In this document: positions 16,305 through 24,898 of the stretch, one piece after another
How the letters are laid out: every line of letters starts with the position of its first letter
Numbering within the stretch: position 1 is the stretch's first letter
From: a virus
Lineage: Duplodnaviria; Caudoviricetes
Reading direction: 5' to 3' (one strand)
Virus record (IMG/VR): IMGVR_UViG_3300018077_000001
Location: 1-56,530 of that record
DNA length: 56,530 bases
Notes under the pieces: model-generated
What the model saw: only the letters and a program-made list of their open reading frames with translations
The model's database searches: none
What the model was told of the DNA's origin: nothing
Program-made: the position numbers and the translations under genes

Positions 16305-16789
16305 GTCGTCGTGTATTCGAGGACCATCCAGAGCAGTTGAGCCGCCGCCGCGAAGGTGTCGCCCGCGTCGGCCCCGATCCGCTGCACCCGCAGGTAAAGC
16401 AGGGAATTGGCCGCCCAGCCGGTCGTGGTCAGGACCTGGGTGTCGATGTTCACAATGTTGGCGGTCGCCGCCCCGTTAGCGAAGTTGGCCGCGTCGGTGT
16501 TGGCGAAGGCCGCATCCGAGGCCTCCAGATTGGCCCGTTCCAGATTCTCGAACGACCAGCGCACCGCGTTGGCCGTGGCCGAGTTGCCCCGCCAGGCGAA
16601 ACGCAGCGTTCCTCCCGAGACCCAATCGCCAGGGATCGAAAGCAGAAAGTCGAAGTTCTCCGTAACCCCATCCGCATACTCGATGACCGGCTTGTCCTGG
16701 TTGGTGTCGTCGGCCCGCTTCCAAAGTGCCGGGCTGTCGCTGGGCGCGACGCCGGCATTCGGTGAAATGAAGATGTATCCGGTAGCCAT
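16301..16789 (-). CDS. Beta-rich structural accessory protein
   Basis: IPGDWVSG...LYLRVQRIGADAGDT. Confidence 0.7.
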   Translation of the reverse strand: MATGYIFISPNAGVAPSDSPALWKRADDTNQDKPVIEYADGVTENFDFLLSIPGDWVSGGTLRFAWRGNSATANAVRWSFENLERANLEASDAAFANTDAANFANGAATANIVNIDTQVLTTTGWAANSLLYLRVQRIGADAGDTFAAAAQLLWMVLEYTTT

Positions 16790-17136
16790 CAGGCCTTCAC
16801 CGTGTCAACGTACAGTGCCTCAGCATCCTCGGAGCAATGGTAGGACCTTTCGAAGTCGGGGTGCGGGCACAGGTGCAGGGCGACCTTGCTCGCGGCTTTC
16901 ACCAAGGGGCTGGCGTCCACCTCGACCACGAACTGGTTCATCCAGTCCGCGGCGTCGGCCTGCAGGTTGAATTCCGCGTCGGCCGCGCAGCTCCAGCCGT
17001 CCTCCCCCTCGCTGGTCTCCAAGTCGGCCCGCCGGGTGTCCTTGAGCAGCAGCTTCCCCTCCATCGTCGTCCGGAGGCCGGCCGCGGTCGGCTCGGTGTC
17101 ACATAGAACTTCAGCCGTCACGCGCCAGATCGCCAT
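16789..17136 (-). CDS. Hypothetical protein
   Basis: TGATG coupling; HLCPH..HC motif. Confidence 0.7.
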   Translation of the reverse strand: MAIWRVTAEVLCDTEPTAAGLRTTMEGKLLLKDTRRADLETSEGEDGWSCAADAEFNLQADAADWMNQFVVEVDASPLVKAASKVALHLCPHPDFERSYHCSEDAEALYVDTVKA

Positions 17137-17399
17137 TCATCCATCGCTTTCCAGAGGACGGCTCTGCTCTCGGCCCGCGCGAGCTTTTTCTCAAAGGGAT
17201 CACAGCGACCCCGGTCGGCGCAGGACCCGCAGACGTTCCTCATGCACACCCGACAGAAGCCCCCCGGGTCACGACTGACGAAGACCACCCGAGAGCAGTG
17301 GGCGCAGGTGATCGTGTCCCATTCCTGAGTAGGTCCATCAGGATCAGTGACGACCGCATAGCCCTGCGCCCGCAGGACCGTTTCCAGCTTCGACTTCAC
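17118..17399 (-). CDS. Cys-rich zinc-binding protein
   Basis: CAHC..GGFCRVC..VCGSC..C.PFEKKL. Confidence 0.75.
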   Translation of the reverse strand: MKSKLETVLRAQGYAVVTDPDGPTQEWDTITCAHCSRVVFVSRDPGGFCRVCMRNVCGSCADRGRCDPFEKKLARAESRAVLWKAMDEWRSGA

Positions 17400-17405
17400 G
17401 ACGCC

Positions 17406-17864
17406 CTAGTATTCTAGGACGTGAGCCAGCGCCGTCACTGCCACCAGTGCGCCCGCGGTCGGTGTGGCAATTCCGAACCCGTTCGACGCAGTGGCCGGAG
17501 CGATCAACTCCCCGCCCGGAGCGGCTACCCAGCGGAACGTCGCCCGCTGGTTCAACGGGATTGCGAGCTTGATCGCCGTGGCACCTCCCGCGCCGTTGGT
17601 CGTCGGAGCTTGATTAGCCACCAACGTCGAGGCCAACGTATCGCTCGCGTCCAACGTCGTCTGGGCTGGAGCCGTTCCGCCCGTGGCCGTGCCCGTCCGG
17701 GTGAGAACGTGCCACAGAAAGGCAAAGTCTCCCGGCGTGGCTTCCGATCCAACGATCAGCTCGTACAAACTGAAGCGCCGCATCGAGGCCGCCGCCGCGA
17801 GGACCGAACCCACGTCGAGCGTCGCGGAGGCCGTTCTCTGCATCTGAATTCCAAAACGTGCCAT
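17406..17864 (-). CDS. Ala/Thr-rich beta structural protein (decoration-like)
   Basis: AAGGAG RBS; LNQRATFRWVAAPGGEL. Confidence 0.75.
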   Translation of the reverse strand: MARFGIQMQRTASATLDVGSVLAAAASMRRFSLYELIVGSEATPGDFAFLWHVLTRTGTATGGTAPAQTTLDASDTLASTLVANQAPTTNGAGGATAIKLAIPLNQRATFRWVAAPGGELIAPATASNGFGIATPTAGALVAVTALAHVLEY

Positions 17865-17941
17865 GTCTATTCTCTCCTTGGCTCATTGAGCCGTGTCATC
17901 ATCAAGCGTAGCACAGCAAAGCAACATTCGATCACCCCATC

Positions 17942-18403
17942 TCACCCTCCTAGGCGCACGTACCGATCGTACAGCGCCATCGTCGCCGCAACATGGGCGT
18001 GAAACTCTCTCGGCTTCGGTGTCTCTATGACCACAATCCTTCCCCGCTCGGTTCGACGGTTCTTCTCCACATCGAGCGTCTTGAAGTTCGGCCCGAACGC
18101 ATACACCGCGTCTTCTCTCGGGTGCTCCAGCTCTTTCAGACTCACGTGCCTGCCACGACCGTTGATGCACTCCTGCGGCAGAAAGTACAGCCACTCATGA
18201 TCCAGAAACAACAGCTCGGCGTCCTCCAACCTCGTGAACCGATGCGCTCTCGCGATCGTCTTCCCCAACTCCTGCGCCGTGTGGTCAACGCAGATCACCT
18301 CGGCACTGAACGCTTCCGCCAGACCGGACCACACACTCATTGTCGTGATCGGTTCGACAAGCGGGCCGCCCACCTCCTCCAGATGATACAGCAAAGCGAT
18401 CAT
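17942..18403 (-). CDS. SPOUT (SpoU/TrmL-like) methyltransferase-fold protein
   Basis: SLKELEHP..AVYAFGPN...VVIETP...HVAATMALYDR resembles the SpoU C-terminal knot motifs. Confidence 0.6.
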   Translation of the reverse strand: MIALLYHLEEVGGPLVEPITTMSVWSGLAEAFSAEVICVDHTAQELGKTIARAHRFTRLEDAELLFLDHEWLYFLPQECINGRGRHVSLKELEHPREDAVYAFGPNFKTLDVEKNRRTERGRIVVIETPKPREFHAHVAATMALYDRYVRLGG

Positions 18404-18711
18404 GCCGCCATCATCTCCGCGAAGTCTTCCCGGTCCACATACAGGAACCCGGCTGCCTTCGCCTCTTCAACATCGCCATTGTCGCTGACGTAGATCCGCA
18501 CGGAAAACGGCCACCGCTCGCGGGCCTTCAGCAAATTGTCTCGCCGGGCCGGGCCGTCTATGAATTCATCCCAGCCCTTCGGCCTTGCCGTGCTCGGTGA
18601 CACGATCACCACCTTCGAGCCGGCCAGCTCCAGCTTGACCAGCATCTCCTCGGTCACTTTCCCGTTGCTCGTCCACAACGTCCCATCCACGTCGAAAGCC
18701 AGCAACAACAT
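18400..18711 (-). CDS. Minimal capless HAD-superfamily phosphatase
   Basis: LAFDVDGTL (motif I), VVIVS (II), YVSDNGD...AKAAG (IV). Confidence 0.85.
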   Translation of the reverse strand: MLLLAFDVDGTLWTSNGKVTEEMLVKLELAGSKVVIVSPSTARPKGWDEFIDGPARRDNLLKARERWPFSVRIYVSDNGDVEEAKAAGFLYVDREDFAEMMAA

Positions 18712-18968
18712 CAGCCGCGTCTCGGACTCACGGCCTTGACAACCTGCTCGATTCCATCCCGCATCTCCTTGCCGAGTTCTTTCCCGATCTCCCGGGCCGC
18801 GGCCTCGCCCGCCTTACGCTGTTCCAAGAGCGTCCGATCGACCATGTGCTTCGGCCAGAGCAGACCCCGCACAATCGCACCTACCATCACCACCAAGATC
18901 ACGATTACACCCATCGTGTTCACGACTGGCAGCCACGCGGCAATCTGATCAGGCGACATTTGACTCAA
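18711..18968 (-). CDS. Single-TM protein, holin/antiholin candidate
   Basis: One TM plus a charged C-terminus, directly after the endolysin candidate. Confidence 0.55.
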   Translation of the reverse strand: MSQMSPDQIAAWLPVVNTMGVIVILVVMVGAIVRGLLWPKHMVDRTLLEQRKAGEAAAREIGKELGKEMRDGIEQVVKAVSPRRG

Positions 18969-18978
18969 CTCCTCATCT

Positions 18979-19881
18979 CTACGTTTCGTCCGCGATACGA
19001 ATCAGTTCTTCGCCCTTGGCCTTCACCACCACACCAATGTCCCTGATCCGCTTGTCCAATGTAGGCGGAGCCGGCACATCACCCGGCCACGGGAAGTTCT
19101 TAATCGCCAGCAGCTGCTCCGCGTTGGCCTGCGGCAGATCCCACACGCTGACGCCTTCGCAGCCTAGATCAACCGCCTTCTGAAAGAACAGCCTCAGTTG
19201 CGTTCCGGTCGCCGTCCACGGCCCGGCCGCCACGTAGGTCGGGGCAACCGGACAGAACGGCAGGACGCGAACACCATCGTACTGAGCCTTGCACGTTGCC
19301 AGTTGGACCGCTCCGCCGTCTTCGCGTCTATCCCCTAGGAAGTAGACCTGCGGTGCCCATCCCTCTTGATACGGGGCGAATGCGTCAACCGGGAAGTTTT
19401 GCTGATACGTCTTCGGGAATCGGTAGCTGCACAGCAAATGCCGAACGGTCGGAAGCGAGCTTTCGAACCCAATCATGTAGCCCTGTGCCACCTGCTCCAT
19501 GCCCACCCGGTTGTACTCGCCTTCGGCGTCGATCAGGAACTCGTCAATCACATACCGCTGACACAAAGCTGCGGCCACCTGTCCTTCTTCAGTCGCGATC
19601 GCTACCGACTTGCTGAACACGCCAGCGACATAGCGGCCACCGTACGTCCAACCCCAGCCAGTCACACCGATGCCCGCGGACCTAAGCGCACCGATCGTGC
19701 CTGCCAATAGATCGGCGTTTTGATTCGGCAGGACGCCCTCCCACTTCTCCTGCCGACCGTCCACAATCTTGATGCTGACGTGACTCAGGCCAAGCTCCTT
19801 TGCATGCAGAGCTTGCTGCTGCGGATCGCCATTCTTCCACGACCGCAGCCTCCACACCATTGCACCCTTGCCTTTTGCCAT
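18979..19881 (-). CDS. Putative TIM-barrel glycoside hydrolase (endolysin candidate)
   Basis: GKGAMVW...GLSHVSIKIVDG...GWGWTYG...IDAEGEY...PQVY...GVSVW; located after the tail genes. Confidence 0.65.
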   Translation of the reverse strand: MAKGKGAMVWRLRSWKNGDPQQQALHAKELGLSHVSIKIVDGRQEKWEGVLPNQNADLLAGTIGALRSAGIGVTGWGWTYGGRYVAGVFSKSVAIATEEGQVAAALCQRYVIDEFLIDAEGEYNRVGMEQVAQGYMIGFESSLPTVRHLLCSYRFPKTYQQNFPVDAFAPYQEGWAPQVYFLGDRREDGGAVQLATCKAQYDGVRVLPFCPVAPTYVAAGPWTATGTQLRLFFQKAVDLGCEGVSVWDLPQANAEQLLAIKNFPWPGDVPAPPTLDKRIRDIGVVVKAKGEELIRIADET

Positions 19882-19889
19882 CTGCCCTC

Positions 19890-20195
19890 CTAAGCCGGAG
19901 CCACCGGCCCGGCCCAAAATTGTTGACTGGCAACCTGAACAGCGTCTTCACCCTCAACATCTGGCGGAAATCCTCGATACCACGATGACGGCGGAACTGC
20001 TCCCTGTCCACTCAGAAACGCATTGACCACGAACAGATAATCCAGAATATTCACCGAATTGTCGGGCACGCACAGCACATCCGCCCTTGACATCGTGACC
20101 GGCACGAGGTTCGACCCCAAGAACACATTGACGACCAGCTGAACGTCCAGAACGTCCACCTTCGTGTCGTCGTTTATGTCGCCGGCCATCGGCAT
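19890..20195 (-). CDS. Stand-alone dockerin type I domain protein
   Basis: Two F-hand repeats: GDINDDTKVDVLDVQLVVNVFLG and ADV..PDNSVNILDYLFVVNAFLSG. Confidence 0.85.
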   Translation of the reverse strand: MPMAGDINDDTKVDVLDVQLVVNVFLGSNLVPVTMSRADVLCVPDNSVNILDYLFVVNAFLSGQGAVPPSSWYRGFPPDVEGEDAVQVASQQFWAGPVAPA

Positions 20196-20197
20196 GG

Positions 20198-22408
20198 CTA
20201 ACCCAACAGCCTCTCGTCCACCAGCTCACGCTGAGCTAAGTACACATCGAGCGTGTTCGGCAACCCGACCGTGATGCTGCACAGCTGCTCTTGGTCAATG
20301 TACGTCGTCTTCGTCACCAAGAACACTAGGTCGTTGGTCTGAGCGTTCGGGTCGCGGATGAAGTTCCGCATCAGCAACCGCTTGCCGGCTCGGATCTCGG
20401 CGGCCGGAATACGCTCACGGCCTCTGCCATTCACGTACTCGATCACGTTGATTGGCGACCGGACGTTCCAGACAGCCTCCTTGTGCGCCTTCAAGAACCG
20501 TCTCCCGAAATTGACGGCACCGGTCTGACTGGCGAACCCGGCTGGCAATCGGTAGTGCCGCTGCCCGTACTTCAGAATGCTGGCATCGTCTTTCAGGTTT
20601 GCATCCACGTCCGGCGTCACGAAGGCCGGGAACCCTCGATCATCGCGGTACTCGACGATGATCCAATTCCAGACCGCGTTCTCGTCGGAGCCAATGAAAC
20701 CCTCCGCCAGCTGCAGCCCCGGATCGAGGTTCGGGTCGTCCAGCGACACTTCGTAGTCATAGCCTGCCGCCAGATCCGGGTACGGCTCCGCAAACATCTT
20801 CGGCTTCTGATCGCTCGCCAAGTGGGACCCCAAGATCCCGACTGCCCACCGTCGCTGCGTGCTGTCTCCATACGAAGCAGCCTCGATCAGCATGTCCGCG
20901 ATCGTCGCGTACCGCTCGTTGATAAACGGCTTCAGGCTCAGCGTGTTGCTCTGAATCAGGTCTTCGTCCGAGCTGAGGTCTGCCAGTTCCCCACGCATGT
21001 CCCTGACTATCTCGGTCAGGTTGACCGTTCCATAGCCACCTGTCGGCGTGTGGTTCATTCTGGCATACACGGTAATCAGAAACAACTTCGACCAAATGTT
21101 CGCCGCGGCCGGCGAGGTCTGCGCCACCGAGGAGGTCAGAAAGAAGTCGATCCCCGGTGTGCCCGGCGCTGGGCTGATGCTCACTCCCGTTTCGGTGCCG
21201 GTCGTGCTTCTCGACCACAACGAGGTTTCCAGCGCATCGGCCGTCTGCAGCTTCGTCGTCCACGACTGCGCCCCCTCGTTGAAATCGGCGTCAAACTCCA
21301 TCCGGGCCATTTCTTCACCGGGCGGCTCCAGATACCGAATGCGAATCCGGTCGTTCATTCCCCAGTTCACCCCGGCCTGCGGCATGATCTGGAGTAGATT
21401 ACGGTTGTTCTCGGTGTCAAACCGCGTGATGTTGACTGTATCCACCACCTCATCTATGCCACTCTTTTCCTGCCACATATCGGGGCTGGTCCGCTTGTCA
21501 GCGTACAGCCGGCTGATGCGACGGGAGGCCAACAGGCCACCCCAGTAGCCGACCACCGCGATCTCAATTCCTTGCCCTGACGCCTGCAGTGCCCGTTCGA
21601 GGTCCGAGATAATCCCCTCGAACACGACTGCCTGACCATTCAAAATGCGGACCCGTTGCGCCCCTCGCAACAGCCATGAAGCCACGATCTCCCGAGCGAG
21701 AAACATCGTCGCTGTCAGATACAACCCGCCCGGATAGCCGGTCGAGAACTCGATGCCCTCAGCCCGCGGCAGCTCACCATTCACATCAAAGATCGGCAGC
21801 GCCAAGCTGCTCACCCGGAAATTGTCGAACCGGCTGTCAGTCACCACGTTCCACTGCCAGAGGCCGAACCGCACCGCCGTTGGATTGAACGCAGCACTGT
21901 TCCACTCGATCTGCTTGACCCCATCCACGTACACCGAGATCAGCGTGGCGATGCACGTCACCTTCAGCTTGTAGGTCGTGCTCGGTGCCACCACAAAGGT
22001 TCGGGTAACTTTGTCCGTACGAACTCCTGCGCTGATCTCGGTGATCCGCACAATGTCGGCTGCGCTGCCCAGAAAGCATTCGATCCCCGTGTCGTTCGCT
22101 GACGACCGCACGAACAGTCCGCCGAATGTATCCGCTCCAGCCCCCATCGTGACATCCGCCTCGACAACCACGTCGCTTTTGCCTGCGTCGATGCTGATGT
22201 TATTCTGCGAACCGCCGCCCGAAAGTAGCCGGGCCTGATTGCCGAGCAACTCAAAGACCGAGACACCAGCGTTTCCCCACGCATTCGACCCCGGCCTCTT
22301 ATCCGGCACGTGGCTGGGCAATGTCGTGGCGTCCACACCGGTAAAGGTGTCAAGCACCAGCAGCGTGTCACCCGGGAACGCCTCCACCCGTAGGTCATTC
22401 TTCCGCAC
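20198..22408 (-). CDS. Tail tip/hub protein with N-terminal lectin-like beta-sandwich
   Basis: Follows the distal tail gene; YKLKVTC..ISVYVDG...FDNF domain; DDASILKYGQR hub-type motif. Confidence 0.75.
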   Translation of the reverse strand: MRKNDLRVEAFPGDTLLVLDTFTGVDATTLPSHVPDKRPGSNAWGNAGVSVFELLGNQARLLSGGGSQNNISIDAGKSDVVVEADVTMGAGADTFGGLFVRSSANDTGIECFLGSAADIVRITEISAGVRTDKVTRTFVVAPSTTYKLKVTCIATLISVYVDGVKQIEWNSAAFNPTAVRFGLWQWNVVTDSRFDNFRVSSLALPIFDVNGELPRAEGIEFSTGYPGGLYLTATMFLAREIVASWLLRGAQRVRILNGQAVVFEGIISDLERALQASGQGIEIAVVGYWGGLLASRRISRLYADKRTSPDMWQEKSGIDEVVDTVNITRFDTENNRNLLQIMPQAGVNWGMNDRIRIRYLEPPGEEMARMEFDADFNEGAQSWTTKLQTADALETSLWSRSTTGTETGVSISPAPGTPGIDFFLTSSVAQTSPAAANIWSKLFLITVYARMNHTPTGGYGTVNLTEIVRDMRGELADLSSDEDLIQSNTLSLKPFINERYATIADMLIEAASYGDSTQRRWAVGILGSHLASDQKPKMFAEPYPDLAAGYDYEVSLDDPNLDPGLQLAEGFIGSDENAVWNWIIVEYRDDRGFPAFVTPDVDANLKDDASILKYGQRHYRLPAGFASQTGAVNFGRRFLKAHKEAVWNVRSPINVIEYVNGRGRERIPAAEIRAGKRLLMRNFIRDPNAQTNDLVFLVTKTTYIDQEQLCSITVGLPNTLDVYLAQRELVDERLLG

Positions 22409-24898
22409 CTACAGCACTCCCCAGCGCGGCGTCACAAACACGTCGGTGAAATCCATCTTCTCGTCGTCCACCTGCACTTCCAAGCCATCAATTCCCATGA
22501 GCGTCTGCAAGATGTTCAGCTTGTCCGGCCACAGCTCAACGATGTCGCCGGTCAACCGGTCAATCGTCAAGATTGAATCGTCCGTATTCAGCCGAGTTGA
22601 AACCCGGCTTTCCTTCACGCGGGGGCCTTCGGTCGTGCTCAGAGACGCTACGATCTGCGCCAGCGGCCGCGGCATGATTTGGTAGAAGTCCAAACTCACC
22701 ACCGCCGACCCGGACCCCCGCTTCAACACCAGGTCGATCCGCACCTCTTTGTCGATGCGAAAGTCGGCGTAATCCATCACCAGCTCCGAATAGCTCCACA
22801 CTGGAATCGGGCCGAGCACGAACAGGCGATAGGTTGCATCCGCCGCGAGGCTTCGGAACTCAGTCTCGTACAGTGTGAGGCCCCGCTCAATTCGGATCTT
22901 CGCCTGCAGACCCGTTCCGGCATCTTTCAACCTCGCTAACAAGTAGATGTCTTTGCCGCCAACGAACTCATACGACTGCACCTGCGTCGGCTGAATCACG
23001 TTCTCGGCCGTCGTGACCGTAAACTCCTGCACGGCATCCCCGCAGGCAGAGGTATCGGCCGTGCCGCTGAAGTCGAAGAAGATCGAGTTGCTCGGCGGAA
23101 CCCACTTATCGACCAGCGAGTTTGAAATCCAGATGTTCTTCGCGCCTGACCAGATCGTGACCGGCTGCAGCTTCAGCTCCACCAGCGCAGGCGCGGATCC
23201 AGCGATCCCGCCCGCTACAGCATGATTGGTGCTCGTTGAGTCCAGACAGTTTTCAACTCTGCCTAGCCCGGTCTTCGTCCACACCCACGGAATCGGCATC
23301 AGACGACGGTTGTTCTCAACCTCTTTGAGCAGATTGGTGTAGTCGGCCGTGATCTGCGCGGGTGTCATGGCGACGTCGAACGTCGTGAAATCCATGTACG
23401 TCCCGCCCGTGCTTCCAAAGCCACTGCCACTCGTCCCAATCTTGATCTTCGGAGCTGTTTCGCTGAACGGCGTATACGAGCTTCCGCTAGCGATCTCCGC
23501 CGCGGCTCGGTACATCTTCAAGAACCCCGGCCCCCACGTGAAATGCAGCACCAAGATCTCCCCGGCCGCAAAGTCCTGCACCGGGCTGGTAATCACCGCG
23601 GTACCGTCCGAGAACTGAAACGTGTCGCTGGTCAGCGACATATAGGCGTGATGGCGAACCACATCCGACAGGAAGAAGAACCGGTTCACCGGTGCGCCCG
23701 GATAATCCGCGAACGCGAACGGAGCCTTCCACACCACCCGGATCGTGCCCTGCGCCCGGTCCAGCGCATGTCGCAATAGTATGTCCCTTGGGATCTCGAT
23801 CTCGGCCCCCGTTCGGCTAGTTGTGGAAGCCCCGGCCGTTCCGGTCCACGCACAGCCAAGCATGTCTCCATGCGCCAACGGCGTCGGGTACACCAACTCC
23901 TCGAGCTGAAACCCATCCGTATAGACCGTGCGGCTATTCTTCACAATCACGCCCGTGGTGACTGCTGACGCGATCCCAGTGACAGAAGCCACCATCCTGT
24001 ACCAGCCGTTGCCCTGTGCGATATAGGCGGTCGTCAGCTCGATCGCGTTGTAATAAAGCGCCGCATCCGCACTCGTCGGGACACCCGCATCGGGCAGCCG
24101 GACGTAGGCACTTAGCACATGGGCATTCGTATTCCCAGCGTTGATCGACTGCGTGTACGTGTTGAGGGTGGCTGCCTTGGCGGTCAACTTCACGCTGACC
24201 TTGCCGAACAGGATGAACTCCGGGTCGTCGTTGCGATCACGGATGATGTTGGTGCCGACGGTCCAACCCGTGTCGAACGCCGTCGCATCCACGAACACCG
24301 GGTTCGTCATTTTGTTGGTAATCGCTTCTGGAATCATCGTACCGCGGCTCAGGCCATCGACCGTGCCGATCGTGTCTTCCAAGAGTCCGCCCTTCGCCAG
24401 ACACGCCTTCTGCACTAATCCCAACGCGTACGGGCTGATCGTCAAAAGCATCGGGACCCGCAGCTTCTTGGCCCGCAGATCAGGAATCGTGTAGCCGGGG
24501 ACCGGACCTACCACGGCCTCCACAATGCGGTATCGTGACATCGCCCCGAACTGCCCCCACCTTGGCTCAAAGCCGAGATCCGAATGCCCGCCCAGCGCCA
24601 GATACAACGGCGTCTCGTCCGTCGTGTACGACAGGAACGTGTCCAGCCGGCGAATTGCGTGCCGGACCTCGGCCTCGCTGTCTCCGGCGACCACAATACT
24701 GAAGCTCAACGTGGCGTTCACCGCCCGCCACATAAACGGCCGATCACCACTGTAGCGGTTGATCAGGTTGCCACGGGCCAGCTGTGTCTGCCGCTCAATT
24801 ACCGGCAGGTCTAGGTCAATGCCGACGAAATACGGTCCGGCTGTCAGACTCATCACTTGCTGGCCGTGCTCCAGCTGCGCCCGGATGCCGGTTGTCAT
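22409..24898 (-). CDS. Distal tail protein with inserted carbohydrate-binding/LamG domains
   Basis: Directly follows the tape measure; GNGWYR and DGFQLE motifs; ends TPRW. Confidence 0.75.
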   Translation of the reverse strand: MTTGIRAQLEHGQQVMSLTAGPYFVGIDLDLPVIERQTQLARGNLINRYSGDRPFMWRAVNATLSFSIVVAGDSEAEVRHAIRRLDTFLSYTTDETPLYLALGGHSDLGFEPRWGQFGAMSRYRIVEAVVGPVPGYTIPDLRAKKLRVPMLLTISPYALGLVQKACLAKGGLLEDTIGTVDGLSRGTMIPEAITNKMTNPVFVDATAFDTGWTVGTNIIRDRNDDPEFILFGKVSVKLTAKAATLNTYTQSINAGNTNAHVLSAYVRLPDAGVPTSADAALYYNAIELTTAYIAQGNGWYRMVASVTGIASAVTTGVIVKNSRTVYTDGFQLEELVYPTPLAHGDMLGCAWTGTAGASTTSRTGAEIEIPRDILLRHALDRAQGTIRVVWKAPFAFADYPGAPVNRFFFLSDVVRHHAYMSLTSDTFQFSDGTAVITSPVQDFAAGEILVLHFTWGPGFLKMYRAAAEIASGSSYTPFSETAPKIKIGTSGSGFGSTGGTYMDFTTFDVAMTPAQITADYTNLLKEVENNRRLMPIPWVWTKTGLGRVENCLDSTSTNHAVAGGIAGSAPALVELKLQPVTIWSGAKNIWISNSLVDKWVPPSNSIFFDFSGTADTSACGDAVQEFTVTTAENVIQPTQVQSYEFVGGKDIYLLARLKDAGTGLQAKIRIERGLTLYETEFRSLAADATYRLFVLGPIPVWSYSELVMDYADFRIDKEVRIDLVLKRGSGSAVVSLDFYQIMPRPLAQIVASLSTTEGPRVKESRVSTRLNTDDSILTIDRLTGDIVELWPDKLNILQTLMGIDGLEVQVDDEKMDFTDVFVTPRWGVL

